Source: an uncultured Clostridia bacterium
GTDB lineage: Bacteria > Bacillota > Clostridia > Christensenellales > CAG-314
NCBI GenBank assembly: GCA_934230325.1
Contig: CAKQEP010000002.1
Span: 3,797-67,796, forward strand
DNA length: 64,000 bases
Direction of reading: 5' to 3'
Translations under genes and position numbers: made by a program
The notes under the pieces: model-generated
Seen by the model: only the letters and a program-made list of their open reading frames with translations
What the model was told of the DNA's origin: nothing
The model's database searches: none
Part shown: positions 54,030-63,916 of the stretch, piece after piece
Layout of the letters: every line of letters begins with the position of its first letter
Numbering within the stretch: the stretch's first letter is position 1

Positions 54030-56399
54030 TTACTTTTTAAACAAAATTTTGCCGTTGAACGCGTCAATCGTTATTCTGTCGCCTTTTTTGATTTTGCCGG
54101 CAAGCAACGCTTCCGACAGTTTGTCTTCCAAATTGCGTTGAATTACTCTTTTGAGAGGGCGCGCGCCGTACTCTGCGCTATAACCCTGCGTCGCAAGCAA
54201 ATCTATGCATGCGGGGGTAACTTCTACCTTCAATCCGTTTACGCCGAGCCTTTTGCACAGTTTGTCGGTGAACAACCGCGCGATGCGTCTTGTCGCTTGC
54301 ATATCCAACGGATGAAACACTATTATGTCGTCGACGCGGTTTAAAAACTCGGGTTTAAATGTCTGTTTTAACGCCGTCAAAAATTTTTCCTTAATTCTGT
54401 CGTAATCTTCCGTCGCGCCGTTTTCAAAGGCTATGGACGCGCCGACGTTGCTCGTCATAATGATTATCGTGTTTTTAAAATCCACTACTCTGCCGCGATT
54501 GTCCGTCAATCTGCCTTCGTCAAGTATCTGCAAAAACACGTTGAATACGTCGGGGTGTGCCTTTTCTATTTCGTCAAACAAAACGATAGAATACGGACGA
54601 CGACGAACTTTTTCCGTCAGTTGACCGCTTTCTTCGTACCCTACAAATCCCGGGGGCGCGCCGATAAGTTTGCTTATGCTGTTGGCTTCGCCGTACTCGC
54701 TCATATCTACGGTGATTATGTCCGTTTCTTCACCAAACATCGTGCGAGCCAAAGCCTTGCACAACTCGGTTTTGCCTACTCCCGTGCTTCCGACAAATAT
54801 AAAACTGCCTATCGGACGCTTGGGATCTTTTAATCCCGCTCTCGCGCGCCTTATCGCCGTCGATACGGCGTGAACCGCTTCTGACTGCCCGATAACGCTC
54901 TCGGATAAAATAGTTTCCAAAGCAAGCAATTTTTCGCTTTCCGTTTGGCTTATTCTCGATACGGGTATCCCCGTCCAACGAGAAACGGTTTCCGCAACCG
55001 CTTCGCCCGTGACGACGGGTTTTTGACGCACGTTAAACTCCGCTTTCAACCGACCGAGTTTGATATTTTCCTCCGCAATAAGATTTTTTAGCCTTTCCGC
55101 TTCCAAAAAATCGTCTATCGCTTTGGCTCTGTTTTTTTCCGCCGTCAACCGAGATATTTCCGCTTCCGTTTGCAACACGGCGGAAGGCATAACTTTGTCG
55201 GTAAGCCTTACCCTGCTGGCGGCTTCGTCTATCAAATCTACCGCTTTGTCGGGAAGAAATCTGTCGGTAATGTATCTGTCCGATAATTGAGCGGCGGCTA
55301 AAAGCGCATCGTCGTCTATGGTTACGCCGTGATGTTGCTCGTATTTGTCGCGCAATCCCCTTAATATTTCTACCGTTTGCGCAACGGTGGGTTGCTCTAC
55401 GTTGACGACTTGAAAACGCCTTTCCAACGCAGGGTCTTTTGCTATATATCTCCTGTACTCGTCAACGGTAGTCGCTCCTATCGTCTGCAATTCGCCGCGC
55501 GCAAGCATCGGTTTGAGTATCTCTGCGGCGTCCATTTTGCTGTCGCCCGTGCTGCCCGCTCCGACGAGATTGTGTATTTCGTCAATAAACAAAATTATGT
55601 TTTTGTTTTCTACGATAAAATTAACCGCGTCGCGCAGTTTCTGCTCAAACTCCCCGCGAAATTTTGTTCCCGCAAGAAGTCCCGCTATGTCCATACTAAA
55701 AATTATTTTGTTTTTGAGCGCGTCCGGCACTTTGTTTTGAACGATAAGTTGACTCAATCCCTCGACTACCGCCGATTTGCCTACACCCGCTTCTCCCGTC
55801 AGTACTGGATTGTTTTTGGTGCGGCGGCAAAGTATCTGAACAAGCCTTTCCGTTTCCTCATCTCTACCGATGACGGGATCGAGTTTGCCTTCCCTTGCCC
55901 TTCCCGTCAGGCTGTAACCAAACTGCTCCAAAGGTCCTATATCTTCCGTAGTTGCGTCCACGCAACCCAACGACGACAGTTTGTCCCTTAGATTGAGTTT
56001 TGTCGCAAGCGACGTTATCATTCCGTTGACGTCGATGCCCAAATTAACAAATTCTGTCTTTGCGAGAGTGTCGCCGCACAAAATGGCAAGCAAAAGATGC
56101 TCCGTGTTTATCGAGTCGCTACCCGCGTATCCCGCAAAATCGCAAGCGCATTTAAAAACGCTTTCCGTTTCTGCCGCGTACGTTATCACGTTGCTGTCGG
56201 GTTGCCCCATTGCAAGACTGAAATTGTTTTCCGTAAGTCCAAACTTTTTGAGCGTATTGTTTGCTTCGCACTCGGTATTAAGCAAGCCCAACACAAGATG
56301 AGTAGTGTTTAAGATGCTGCTGCCATACGTCGCAACCGCCTTGCTCGCTACGTTTATTACTTTGTTGAGATTTGTGGTAAACCTTTGGGAATTTAACAT
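54030..56399 (-). CDS. clpC: Clp/Hsp100 ATPase, ClpC-like (Clp_N repeats plus two AAA+ modules)
   Basis: GEAGVGKS and GSTGVGKT Walker A motifs. Confidence 0.85.
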   Translation of the reverse strand: MLNSQRFTTNLNKVINVASKAVATYGSSILNTTHLVLGLLNTECEANNTLKKFGLTENNFSLAMGQPDSNVITYAAETESVFKCACDFAGYAGSDSINTEHLLLAILCGDTLAKTEFVNLGIDVNGMITSLATKLNLRDKLSSLGCVDATTEDIGPLEQFGYSLTGRAREGKLDPVIGRDEETERLVQILCRRTKNNPVLTGEAGVGKSAVVEGLSQLIVQNKVPDALKNKIIFSMDIAGLLAGTKFRGEFEQKLRDAVNFIVENKNIILFIDEIHNLVGAGSTGDSKMDAAEILKPMLARGELQTIGATTVDEYRRYIAKDPALERRFQVVNVEQPTVAQTVEILRGLRDKYEQHHGVTIDDDALLAAAQLSDRYITDRFLPDKAVDLIDEAASRVRLTDKVMPSAVLQTEAEISRLTAEKNRAKAIDDFLEAERLKNLIAEENIKLGRLKAEFNVRQKPVVTGEAVAETVSRWTGIPVSRISQTESEKLLALETILSESVIGQSEAVHAVSTAIRRARAGLKDPKRPIGSFIFVGSTGVGKTELCKALARTMFGEETDIITVDMSEYGEANSISKLIGAPPGFVGYEESGQLTEKVRRRPYSIVLFDEIEKAHPDVFNVFLQILDEGRLTDNRGRVVDFKNTIIIMTSNVGASIAFENGATEDYDRIKEKFLTALKQTFKPEFLNRVDDIIVFHPLDMQATRRIARLFTDKLCKRLGVNGLKVEVTPACIDLLATQGYSAEYGARPLKRVIQRNLEDKLSEALLAGKIKKGDRITIDAFNGKILFKK

Positions 56400-56438
56400 A
56401 GATATCCTTAAAAACTACGACTCTTTTTGTTCGATACC

Positions 56439-56467
56439 ATTGTAACATATAAAAAAACTTTTTTCAA
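56439..56467 (-). promoter_or_regulatory. Promoter TTGAAA-17-TACAAT for clpC
   Basis: Minus-strand TTGAAA at 56467-56462 and TACAAT at 56444-56439. Confidence 0.55.
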
Positions 56468-56590
56468 TAGGGTTTTTAATATTTGACGGTACTTTTTTTC
56501 GGAAAACTCGACGAAGGTTGCCGCAACGACGGCGTCGGTTTGTTTTTTTATAATTAAATTTTTATCGATTTGCCTATTTTCGTTTTTTTG

Positions 56591-56619
56591 TTGCATAAAA
56601 AACCGTTTTGCTTTATACT
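56591..56619 (+). promoter_or_regulatory. Promoter TTGCAT-17-TATACT for pfk
   Basis: TTGCAT 56591-56596 and TATACT 56614-56619. Confidence 0.55.
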
Positions 56620-56672
56620 GTTTTTATACGATTATATAATATTCCTAACAAAAAGTAAGGAGGATTTGTTTA

Positions 56673-57914
56673 ATGAAACAATTACACGGCGCACTTTGCT
56701 TTGCGCAATCCGGCGGCCCTACCGCAGTTATCAACGCAAGCGCCTGCGGCGTTTTTATGACGGCGCTAAAAAGCAAAAACGTAACTAAAGTGCTTGGCGC
56801 TCATCACGGCATCAAAGGCATACTAAACGACGATTTGTACGACATTTCGCAGGAAGCCCCCGAAGAATTGTTGTTGCTAAAAAATACTCCGTCGTCGGTA
56901 CTCGGAAGCGTGCGTTACAAACTTAAAGACGCAGAAACGGACGATACCGATTACAAACGCTTGCTGGAAGTATTTAAAAAACACAATATTCGTTTCTTTT
57001 TGTACAACGGCGGCAACGACAGTATGGATACCTGCAACAAAATAAGCAAGTACCTTGCTCAACAAAAATACGATTGCAGCGTCGTCGGCGTGCCCAAAAC
57101 TATAGACAACGACCTTGACGCAACCGACCACTGCCCCGGATATGGCAGCGCGGCTAAATACATCGTCACGAGTTGTATGGAACTTGCTTTGGACTCCCGC
57201 GTGTACGACAAGGGAAGTATTCTCGTTTTGGAAATGATGGGACGCAACGCAGGTTGGTTGACGGCGGCAAGTCGCGTCGCTTCGGAATACGGTTTGGGGC
57301 CCGATCTTATTTACGTACCCGAGCGTGATTTTGACATCGACAAGTTTGTTGCCGACGTAAAAGATATTTATGCAAAAAAAGGCAACTGCATAGTCGCGGT
57401 AAGCGAAGGTATTCACGATAAAGACGGCAAACTTATCAGCGAGTACGCCGGCGGAAACCTTACCAAAGATATGTTCAATCACGTTCAATTGGGCGGCGTG
57501 TGCAATTACCTTGCGGGAATATTAAAAGACGCTACGGGCGCAAAAACCCGCGCGATAGAATTCAGCCTGTTGCAAAGATGCGCCTCTCACTGCGCGTCGT
57601 TGACCGACGTTTCAGAAGCGTTTTTGGCGGGTAAACAAGCGGCGTTGGCGGCGTTGGCAGGCAAAACGGGAGTTATGGTAATGTTTTTGCGCGGCGAGGA
57701 CGAAAACGCTTACGATTGCAAATGCACCCTTATCCCCCTTTCGCAAGTCGCAAATACGGAAAAGAAACTGCCCGACGAGTATATCAATGAGGAAGGCAAC
57801 AATATCAATCGCAACTTTTTAAAATACGTCCTGCCGCTAATAGAAGGCGAGGCAAGACCTCCCTTTAAAGACGGCGTACCCGTTTTTGCAAATCTCAAAA
57901 AAATCAAAGCGTAA
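56673..57914 (+). CDS. pfk: 6-phosphofructokinase family, long (~410 aa) clade; phosphoryl donor not assignable from sequence
   Basis: QSGGPTAVINA, PKTIDND, MGR motifs. The donor-specificity site reads GGNDS. Confidence 0.85.
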   Translation: MKQLHGALCFAQSGGPTAVINASACGVFMTALKSKNVTKVLGAHHGIKGILNDDLYDISQEAPEELLLLKNTPSSVLGSVRYKLKDAETDDTDYKRLLEVFKKHNIRFFLYNGGNDSMDTCNKISKYLAQQKYDCSVVGVPKTIDNDLDATDHCPGYGSAAKYIVTSCMELALDSRVYDKGSILVLEMMGRNAGWLTAASRVASEYGLGPDLIYVPERDFDIDKFVADVKDIYAKKGNCIVAVSEGIHDKDGKLISEYAGGNLTKDMFNHVQLGGVCNYLAGILKDATGAKTRAIEFSLLQRCASHCASLTDVSEAFLAGKQAALAALAGKTGVMVMFLRGEDENAYDCKCTLIPLSQVANTEKKLPDEYINEEGNNINRNFLKYVLPLIEGEARPPFKDGVPVFANLKKIKA

Positions 57915-57990
57915 AATAAACACCGCTTAAGAGGCGATACCGATACAAAAAGACAACTTAAACACAACTTTTTGGTTTTATTAAAAAATT

Positions 57991-58019
57991 GCGTCCCGAA
58001 AGTATGACTTTCGGGACGC
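57991..58019. terminator. Bidirectional terminator between pfk and spoIIID
   Basis: GCGTCCCGAAAG-TATGA-CTTTCGGGACGC, a 12-bp stem with A/T runs on both sides. Confidence 0.8.
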
Positions 58020-58036
58020 TCGTCGTTTTGAGGATT

Positions 58037-58291
58037 TTAACATCTTTTGCTTTTGTACTTGTTTCTCGTGGCTATACCGCCTCTCAAATGTCGTTCGCTC
58101 AAGTTTATATCGGTTTTTTCCCGTACTTTAAAATATCTTTCTCTGTCAAGTTCTTTAAGTCTAAGGCTTACGTCTTTGTGCGCCGTGCTTTTGGATACGG
58201 CAAATATTTTGGCGGCAAACCGCAAAGTACAACCCGTATCGATTATGTAATCGGCTATGTTTATCACTCTGTCCTCTATGTATCGTTTCAT
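58037..58291 (-). CDS. spoIIID: Sporulation transcriptional regulator SpoIIID
   Basis: VSKSTAHKDV and RHLRGGIATRNKYK match the B. subtilis SpoIIID HTH and basic region. Confidence 0.9.
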   Translation of the reverse strand: MKRYIEDRVINIADYIIDTGCTLRFAAKIFAVSKSTAHKDVSLRLKELDRERYFKVREKTDINLSERHLRGGIATRNKYKSKRC

Positions 58292-58412
58292 TTTAAACCC
58301 GTCCTTAAATTAAGCGTGTATATATACTATTGACGCAACTTACAAAAAATGCCTTTTTTTGCAGGTATAAGCCAAAAAAATACGGACACAATAATCGTGG
58401 AGGAAATTATTC

Positions 58413-58997
58413 ATGAAACTATCTCAAAGCAACACTTTAAAAAATCTTGCCAACGCTTTTGCTACGGAATGCCAAGACGGCGCAAAATATCAATTTATTC
58501 GTCAAAAAGCCCAAGCGGAAGGCTATGAAAACATCGGCAAAATTTGTCAGCAGCACGCGACAAACGAAATGACGCACGCAAAAGTCTACTTTGATTTTAT
58601 CACCAACGACTGCAAAGATTGCGTAGAAAACGTCGATATATCCGCAGGGTACCCCTTTAAAGCGGGGACGCTTCAGCAAATGTTGAAAATGACGGCGGCA
58701 GACGAGTTGACGCAAGCGACGGTTATTTATCCCAACTTTGCGCAGGTCGCGCGCGACGAAGGTTTTTTGGATATTGCCAAAAAATTTGAACTCATTGCGG
58801 AAGTAGAACGCACGCACTACCTCGTTTTGGAGCAGATTTGCTCACAAATGCAAAAAGATTGCCTTTATTCCGCAGAAAAAGCAACAAAATGGGTTTGCCA
58901 AAAATGCGGTCACGAAGATACTAAAAAAAGCGCGTGGCAAGTATGCCCCGTCTGCGGTTCGCAACAAGGCAACGTAGAACTTCATTTGCAATCTTAA
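58413..58997 (+). CDS. rbr: Rubrerythrin
   Basis: Ferritin-like E..H motifs plus a C-terminal rubredoxin CQKCGH...CPVCG. Confidence 0.9.
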   Translation: MKLSQSNTLKNLANAFATECQDGAKYQFIRQKAQAEGYENIGKICQQHATNEMTHAKVYFDFITNDCKDCVENVDISAGYPFKAGTLQQMLKMTAADELTQATVIYPNFAQVARDEGFLDIAKKFELIAEVERTHYLVLEQICSQMQKDCLYSAEKATKWVCQKCGHEDTKKSAWQVCPVCGSQQGNVELHLQS

Positions 58998-59073
58998 CGG
59001 TCGTTTAGTAAGCAAAAAACTGATTTTTTAAGCAACGTTATAAATTTTTATTAAACTATAACGATTGCAAAAA

Positions 59074-59104
59074 GCGGAGAAAAGTATTTTTCTTCGCTTT
59101 TTTT
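59074..59104 (+). terminator. Rho-independent terminator after rbr
   Basis: GCGGAGAAAA / TTTTCTTCGC stem followed by T7. Confidence 0.75.
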
Positions 59105-59124
59105 AGGTAAAATCCGCGTTGCGA

Positions 59125-59153
59125 TTGACTTTTTTGCCGCCATGCAATATAAT
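59125..59153 (+). promoter_or_regulatory. Consensus promoter TTGACT-17-TATAAT for glyQS
   Basis: TTGACT 59125-59130 and TATAAT 59148-59153. Confidence 0.65.
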
Positions 59154-59174
59154 TTTTAAAAATGGAGTTTTTTT

Positions 59175-60569
59175 ATGGAAAATAAAGTTACTATGGACAA
59201 AATAGTCAACCTGTGCAAAGGCAGAGGTTTTATTTTTGCGGGCAGCGAAATTTACGGCGGTCTTGCAAATACGTGGGATTTTGGACCTTTGGGCGCAGAA
59301 CTCAAAAACAATATCAAAAAAGCGTGGTGGAAAAAATTTGTCACCGAGCCGACGACAAATATCGGTCTTGACAGCGCGATTTTGATGAATCCGAGTACGT
59401 GGAGAGCGACGGGACATATCGGCGGCAAGTTTGACGATCCGCTTATGGATTGCAAAAGTTGCAAGAGCCGTCACCGCGCCGACAATCTCATAGAAGACTA
59501 TTGCAAAAAGAAAAAAATTACCGACCTCAACGTTGCGTCTATGACCAACAAGCAAATGGAAGAGTACATAGCCGAGCATAAAATTGTCTGCCCCGTCTGC
59601 GGAAACAGCGATTTTACGCCGATAAGACAGTTTAATTTGCTTTTTAAAACCTTTCAAGGCGTTACCGAAGACTCGACAAACACCATTTATTTGCGCCCCG
59701 AAACGGCGCAAGGCATTTTTGTAAACTTCAACAATATCGTGCGGTCGTGCCGCAAGCGCGTGCCTTTTGGCGTGGGACAGATAGGAAAATCTTTCCGAAA
59801 CGAAATTACGCCCGGTAATTTTATTTTTAGGGTTCGCGAGTTTGAACAGATGGAAATGGAGTTTTTCTGCAAGCCCGACACCGATTTGGAGTGGTTTGAG
59901 TACTGGAAAAATTACTGCAAACAATTCTTGCTCGATTTGGGCATAAAACAACAAAATCTGCGGTTGAGAGATCACAAAAAGGAAGAACTTTGTTTCTACT
60001 CCAAAGCCACCACAGACTTTGAGTTTGCTTTCCCCTTTGGTTGGGGTGAGTTGTGGGGTATTGCGGACAGAACGGATTACGACCTCGAGTGTCACGCAAA
60101 AGCAAGCGGTCAAAGTATGGAATATACCGACCCCGTCACGCAGGAAAAATACGTTCCTTACGTCGTCGAGCCGAGTTTGGGCGTAGAAAGAGTTTTGCTT
60201 GCGTTTTTGTGCAACGCTTACGATGAGGAAACGTTGGAAAACGGCGAAACGCGCGTCGTGTTGCGGCTTCATCCCGCCCTTGCACCCTTTAAAGTCGCAG
60301 TGTTGCCGCTACAAAAAAAGTTGAGCGAAAAAGCAACGGAAGTTTACGCCCAACTGTCCAAAGAGTTCAGCGTCGATTACGACGAAACGGGCAGTATAGG
60401 CAAACGCTATCGCAGACAAGACGAAATAGGCACTCCCCTTTGCGTCACTGTCGACTTCGACACGATGGAAAACGACGTCGTGACGGTGAGAAACCGCGAC
60501 ACAATGCAACAAATTACGCTTAAAATTAGCGAATTAAATCAATACGTAAACGACTTTATCAAATTTTAA
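59175..60569 (+). CDS. glyQS: Glycine--tRNA ligase (alpha2 type)
   Basis: 464 aa. FRNEI.PG..IFR.REF.QME class II motifs. Confidence 0.95.
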   Translation: MENKVTMDKIVNLCKGRGFIFAGSEIYGGLANTWDFGPLGAELKNNIKKAWWKKFVTEPTTNIGLDSAILMNPSTWRATGHIGGKFDDPLMDCKSCKSRHRADNLIEDYCKKKKITDLNVASMTNKQMEEYIAEHKIVCPVCGNSDFTPIRQFNLLFKTFQGVTEDSTNTIYLRPETAQGIFVNFNNIVRSCRKRVPFGVGQIGKSFRNEITPGNFIFRVREFEQMEMEFFCKPDTDLEWFEYWKNYCKQFLLDLGIKQQNLRLRDHKKEELCFYSKATTDFEFAFPFGWGELWGIADRTDYDLECHAKASGQSMEYTDPVTQEKYVPYVVEPSLGVERVLLAFLCNAYDEETLENGETRVVLRLHPALAPFKVAVLPLQKKLSEKATEVYAQLSKEFSVDYDETGSIGKRYRRQDEIGTPLCVTVDFDTMENDVVTVRNRDTMQQITLKISELNQYVNDFIKF

Positions 60570-60581
60570 GGAGGAAAAACA

Positions 60582-61814
60582 ATGCTCACACAAAAACAGT
60601 TGTCGGATTTTGCCGACCTTGCGGTAAAAATAGGCGTAAATATTCAGCCTAAACAAAAAGTCGCAATCAACAGCCCCGTAGAATGCGCGTTTTTTGCGCG
60701 CCTAATTGCTCAAAAAGCCTACGACGCAGGCGCGGGATTTGTAGAAATAATTTGGAACGACGATTTTCTCAGCCGCCTCGTAATGGAAAAAACCGACGTC
60801 GACGTGCTGGAAAATATCCCCGAGTGGAAAGTTGCGAGATACAACCACCTCGTAGAAGGCGATTATGCCGTCATTAGCATCAAAGCCTCCGACCCCGCTT
60901 TGTACAGCGGTATCGATATGGAAAAAATCACAAAAGTGTCGAAAGCGAGTTCCGTCGCGACGGTCAACTTCCGCAAAGCGACGATGAGCGGCAAGTTGCG
61001 TTGGCTCATTATATCCGTACCGACGACGCAGTGGGCAACGACGGTATTTAAAGATTGCGACCCCAAAACCGCCGTCGATAAGTTGTGGGACGCCATAGCG
61101 GTCACTATGCGTCTAAATACCCCCGACCCCGTAAAAGCGTGGCGCGAACATTGCGAAAAAACGGAAAACCGTGCAAACTATCTCAATCAAAAGCAGTTTG
61201 ACCACGTTATTCTGACCAACGCAAAAGGCACAAATCTCAAAGTCGGTCTGCCCAAAAATCACGTTTGGACGGGCGCGGGCGAACCAGCGCAAGACGGCGT
61301 AATGTTTGTCGCAAATATGCCGACGGAAGAAATTTTTACCGCGCCGCATCGTTTAAAGACTGAAGGAAAAGTTTTCAACGCATTGCCCTTGTGTCACAAC
61401 GGCACGATTATCGACGATTTTTGGCTTGAATTTAAACAAGGCAGAGTGGTGGATTACGACGCAAAACAAGGCAAAGACGCTTTGAAATCCATCATAGAAA
61501 CCGACGACGGCAGTCACTATCTCGGAGAAGTCGCGTTACTTGGCAAAAACTCCCCCATCGCTAAACTCGGCATACTTTTTTACAACACTTTGTTTGACGA
61601 AAACGCAAGTTGTCACATTGCGTTGGGCAAGGGCTATCCGTCAACCGTCAAAGGAGGCGAAAAAATGTCCGTAGAGCAACTTTTGCAATGCGGCGTAAAC
61701 GACAGTATGGAGCATTGCGATTTTATGATAGGCACTCCAGATTTGTCCGTCATAGGCGTGAGCGAAAACGGCGAAAAAACCACTCTGTTTGTTGACGGAG
61801 AATGGGTGATTTAA
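60582..61814 (+). CDS. M29 family aminopeptidase (AmpS/PepS-like)
   Basis: 410 aa with DENASCHIALG motif. AGGAGG RBS. Confidence 0.85.
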   Translation: MLTQKQLSDFADLAVKIGVNIQPKQKVAINSPVECAFFARLIAQKAYDAGAGFVEIIWNDDFLSRLVMEKTDVDVLENIPEWKVARYNHLVEGDYAVISIKASDPALYSGIDMEKITKVSKASSVATVNFRKATMSGKLRWLIISVPTTQWATTVFKDCDPKTAVDKLWDAIAVTMRLNTPDPVKAWREHCEKTENRANYLNQKQFDHVILTNAKGTNLKVGLPKNHVWTGAGEPAQDGVMFVANMPTEEIFTAPHRLKTEGKVFNALPLCHNGTIIDDFWLEFKQGRVVDYDAKQGKDALKSIIETDDGSHYLGEVALLGKNSPIAKLGILFYNTLFDENASCHIALGKGYPSTVKGGEKMSVEQLLQCGVNDSMEHCDFMIGTPDLSVIGVSENGEKTTLFVDGEWVI

Positions 61815-61878
61815 CGGCGTTTTGTCACAAAAACAATCATACGTATACAAAAAATTAAATCATACACATTAACAAAAA

Positions 61879-61908
61879 GCGAAAAACTGTTGCAGTTTTT
61901 CGCTTTTT
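61879..61908. terminator. Bidirectional terminator
   Basis: GCGAAAAACTG / CAGTTTTTCGC stem with flanking A5/T5 runs. Confidence 0.7.
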
Positions 61909-61924
61909 GTTTTGTAAAAAAATA

Positions 61925-62149
61925 TCAGTCGATTTCTTCCATAATAGCGTTTGGTTCTACGCGCTTTGCTATGTTTAGCATTACCGCTTTAAGTTGCGGA
62001 TATTTTTCTTCCGCAACGTCGAGTTTCATTATTTTTGCGTCAAAATCGATGTCTACGCTTTTTACGCCGTCAAGTTGCGCTATGGCGGCTTGTATTTTTG
62101 CGGAACACTTTGGACATTTGAGATTGCGTATGCGAATATTCTTTGTCAT
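61925..62149 (-). CDS. Heavy-metal-associated (HMA) domain protein
   Basis: 74 aa. CPKC metal-binding motif in a beta-alpha-beta-beta-alpha-beta-like pattern. AGGAGG RBS. Confidence 0.6.
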   Translation of the reverse strand: MTKNIRIRNLKCPKCSAKIQAAIAQLDGVKSVDIDFDAKIMKLDVAEEKYPQLKAVMLNIAKRVEPNAIMEEID

Positions 62150-62298
62150 GACGATTTTTACCTCCTGTTTATCGTTTTTTTGGTATAGTATTGACGTATA
62201 TCGCTTTTTTTTAATATAATTATATCATCCGAACAAAACAAAGTCAACGATGAAGCCCGTTTTTTAAGGCTTATTTTAACATTTTTTTTCAAAAACTA

Positions 62299-62327
62299 TT
62301 GAAACTACCCTAATCTCGTGGTATAAT
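62299..62327 (+). promoter_or_regulatory. Promoter TTGAAA-17-(TGg)TATAAT for nfeD-SPFH
   Basis: TTGAAA 62299-62304 and extended -10 TGGTATAAT 62319-62327. Confidence 0.65.
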
Positions 62328-62347
62328 GTTTTATAAGGAGGTAAAAA

Positions 62348-62803
62348 ATGAGTATTACTTTTTGGGTGTGGTTGGCAATCTGCGTTGCCGCCCTCATCGG
62401 AGAACTTTCTACTATGGACCTGCTTTCGATTTGGTTTGTCGGCGGCGGGTTGGTCGCTTTGATTCTCAGTTGCTTCAAAAACGTCGCTTGGTACTGGCAA
62501 GCGTTGGCTTTTGCTTTGGTGTCCCTTCTTTTGCTGTTTGCAGTCCGCCCCATAGCAAAAAAAGTTATGACCAAAGACAGCGAAGGCAATACCAACGTCG
62601 ACTCCTTTATCGGCAAAAAAATTCGTATGATTACCGTTGCGGATTTTGATAATCTCGGCAGCGCAAAAATCAACGACGTTGTTTGGAGCGTAAAATCTTT
62701 TGACGGCACGCCTCTTTGCGAAGAAGAAGTCGTAGAAATCGTCGGCATCGAAGGCAACAAACTCGTCGCAAAAAAAGTGGACGATAAGGAAGAAAAACAA
62801 TAG
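62348..62803 (+). CDS. NfeD family membrane protein
   Basis: Three TM helices plus a C-terminal OB-like domain. Directly upstream of the SPFH partner. Confidence 0.8.
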   Translation: MSITFWVWLAICVAALIGELSTMDLLSIWFVGGGLVALILSCFKNVAWYWQALAFALVSLLLLFAVRPIAKKVMTKDSEGNTNVDSFIGKKIRMITVADFDNLGSAKINDVVWSVKSFDGTPLCEEEVVEIVGIEGNKLVAKKVDDKEEKQ

Positions 62804-62921
62804 CAAACTCAAACTTGCGACAAAAACTACAATCTTAACAAACGCAAAACAAATCGTATCAAATCAAAACAAAACAACAAAAACAAAAACAAAAAATAAT
62901 TTTTATCGGAGGTAAACAATT

Positions 62922-63872
62922 ATGCCGAGTTGGGCAATCATTCTCATCGTTGTAGCGGCGCTCGCTATTATCTATTTGTTTTCTTGCATCAAGATAGTCA
63001 GACAATCGACGGCTGTGGTCGTGGAGCGGTTTGGAAAATATCACAAAACTCTCGGGACGGGGTTTCATTTAATTGCGGCAATATTTGACCGTTGCACCCC
63101 CGCAATCAGCCTTAAAGAACAAGTTTATGATTTTCGTCCGCAACCCGTCATCACAAAAGATAACGTGACGATGCAGATAGACACTGTAGTTTACAGTCAA
63201 ATCACCGATCCAAAACTTTATACTTATGGCGTGGAGCGCCCTATCGCCGCTATAGAAAATCTTACCGCCACCACCTTGCGTAACATCGTAGGCGAGTTGG
63301 AGTTGGACGAAACGCTCACCAGCCGCGACACGGTAAACAGCAAAATGCGTCTTATTTTGGACGAAGCGACCGACCCGTGGGGCATAAAAATCAACCGCGT
63401 AGAACTCAAAAACATTTTGCCGCCGCGCGATATTCAAGACGCGATGGAAAAGCAAATGAGAGCGGAGCGCGAGCGCAGAGAACAAATTTTGAAGGCGGAA
63501 GGCGAAAAAAAATCCAACATTTTGGTTGCGGAAGGCGAGAAAGAAGCCAAAATCTTGCGCGCGGAAGCGACTAAACAAGCCCGCATTTTGGAGGCTGACG
63601 CAGAAAGAGCCGCTATCATAGAAGTTGCGGAAGGTAAGGCAAAGGCAATCGAACTTATCAATAGCGCAAACCCAAGCGCCGCATACGTCACTTTGCAAGG
63701 TTTTGCCGCGCTTATCGAGTTGTCTAAAGGTCAAAGCACAAAGATAATCGTGCCGAGCGAACTTCAAAACGTTTCCGCGCTGCTCACTTCTATGGCGGAA
63801 ACAATCAAAGAACCCGTTCAAACCAAAAAACCCGCAAAAACAAAACATTCGGACGCAACCGAAGCCAACTGA
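62922..63872 (+). CDS. SPFH/Band-7 (stomatin/slipin-like) protein
   Basis: N-terminal TM followed by an SPFH core (VVERFGKYH...TKDNV...DTVVY) and a coiled coil. Confidence 0.9.
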   Translation: MPSWAIILIVVAALAIIYLFSCIKIVRQSTAVVVERFGKYHKTLGTGFHLIAAIFDRCTPAISLKEQVYDFRPQPVITKDNVTMQIDTVVYSQITDPKLYTYGVERPIAAIENLTATTLRNIVGELELDETLTSRDTVNSKMRLILDEATDPWGIKINRVELKNILPPRDIQDAMEKQMRAERERREQILKAEGEKKSNILVAEGEKEAKILRAEATKQARILEADAERAAIIEVAEGKAKAIELINSANPSAAYVTLQGFAALIELSKGQSTKIIVPSELQNVSALLTSMAETIKEPVQTKKPAKTKHSDATEAN

Positions 63873-63886
63873 CGATTTTTACAAAA

Positions 63887-63916
63887 GGCTCTGTTTTTTG
63901 CAAAACAGAGCCTTTT
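63887..63916 (+). terminator. Rho-independent terminator
   Basis: GGCTCTGTTTT / AAAACAGAGCC stem followed by a T4 run. Confidence 0.75.

Noticed and set aside
56470-56492. CtsR operator upstream of clpC
   Set aside because: Only one GTCAAA half-site is present (GTCAAATATTAAAAAC). The second heptad does not match, and ctsR/mcsAB are absent from the locus.
58292-58350. Sigma-E-type promoter upstream of spoIIID
   Set aside because: TATACACG loosely resembles CATACA-T, but no acceptable -35 lies at the correct spacing. This is too weak to call from sequence alone.
59103-60272. 389-aa minus-strand ORF
   Set aside because: It is antisense to glyQS.
63069-63848. 259-aa minus-strand ORF
   Set aside because: It is antisense to the SPFH gene.
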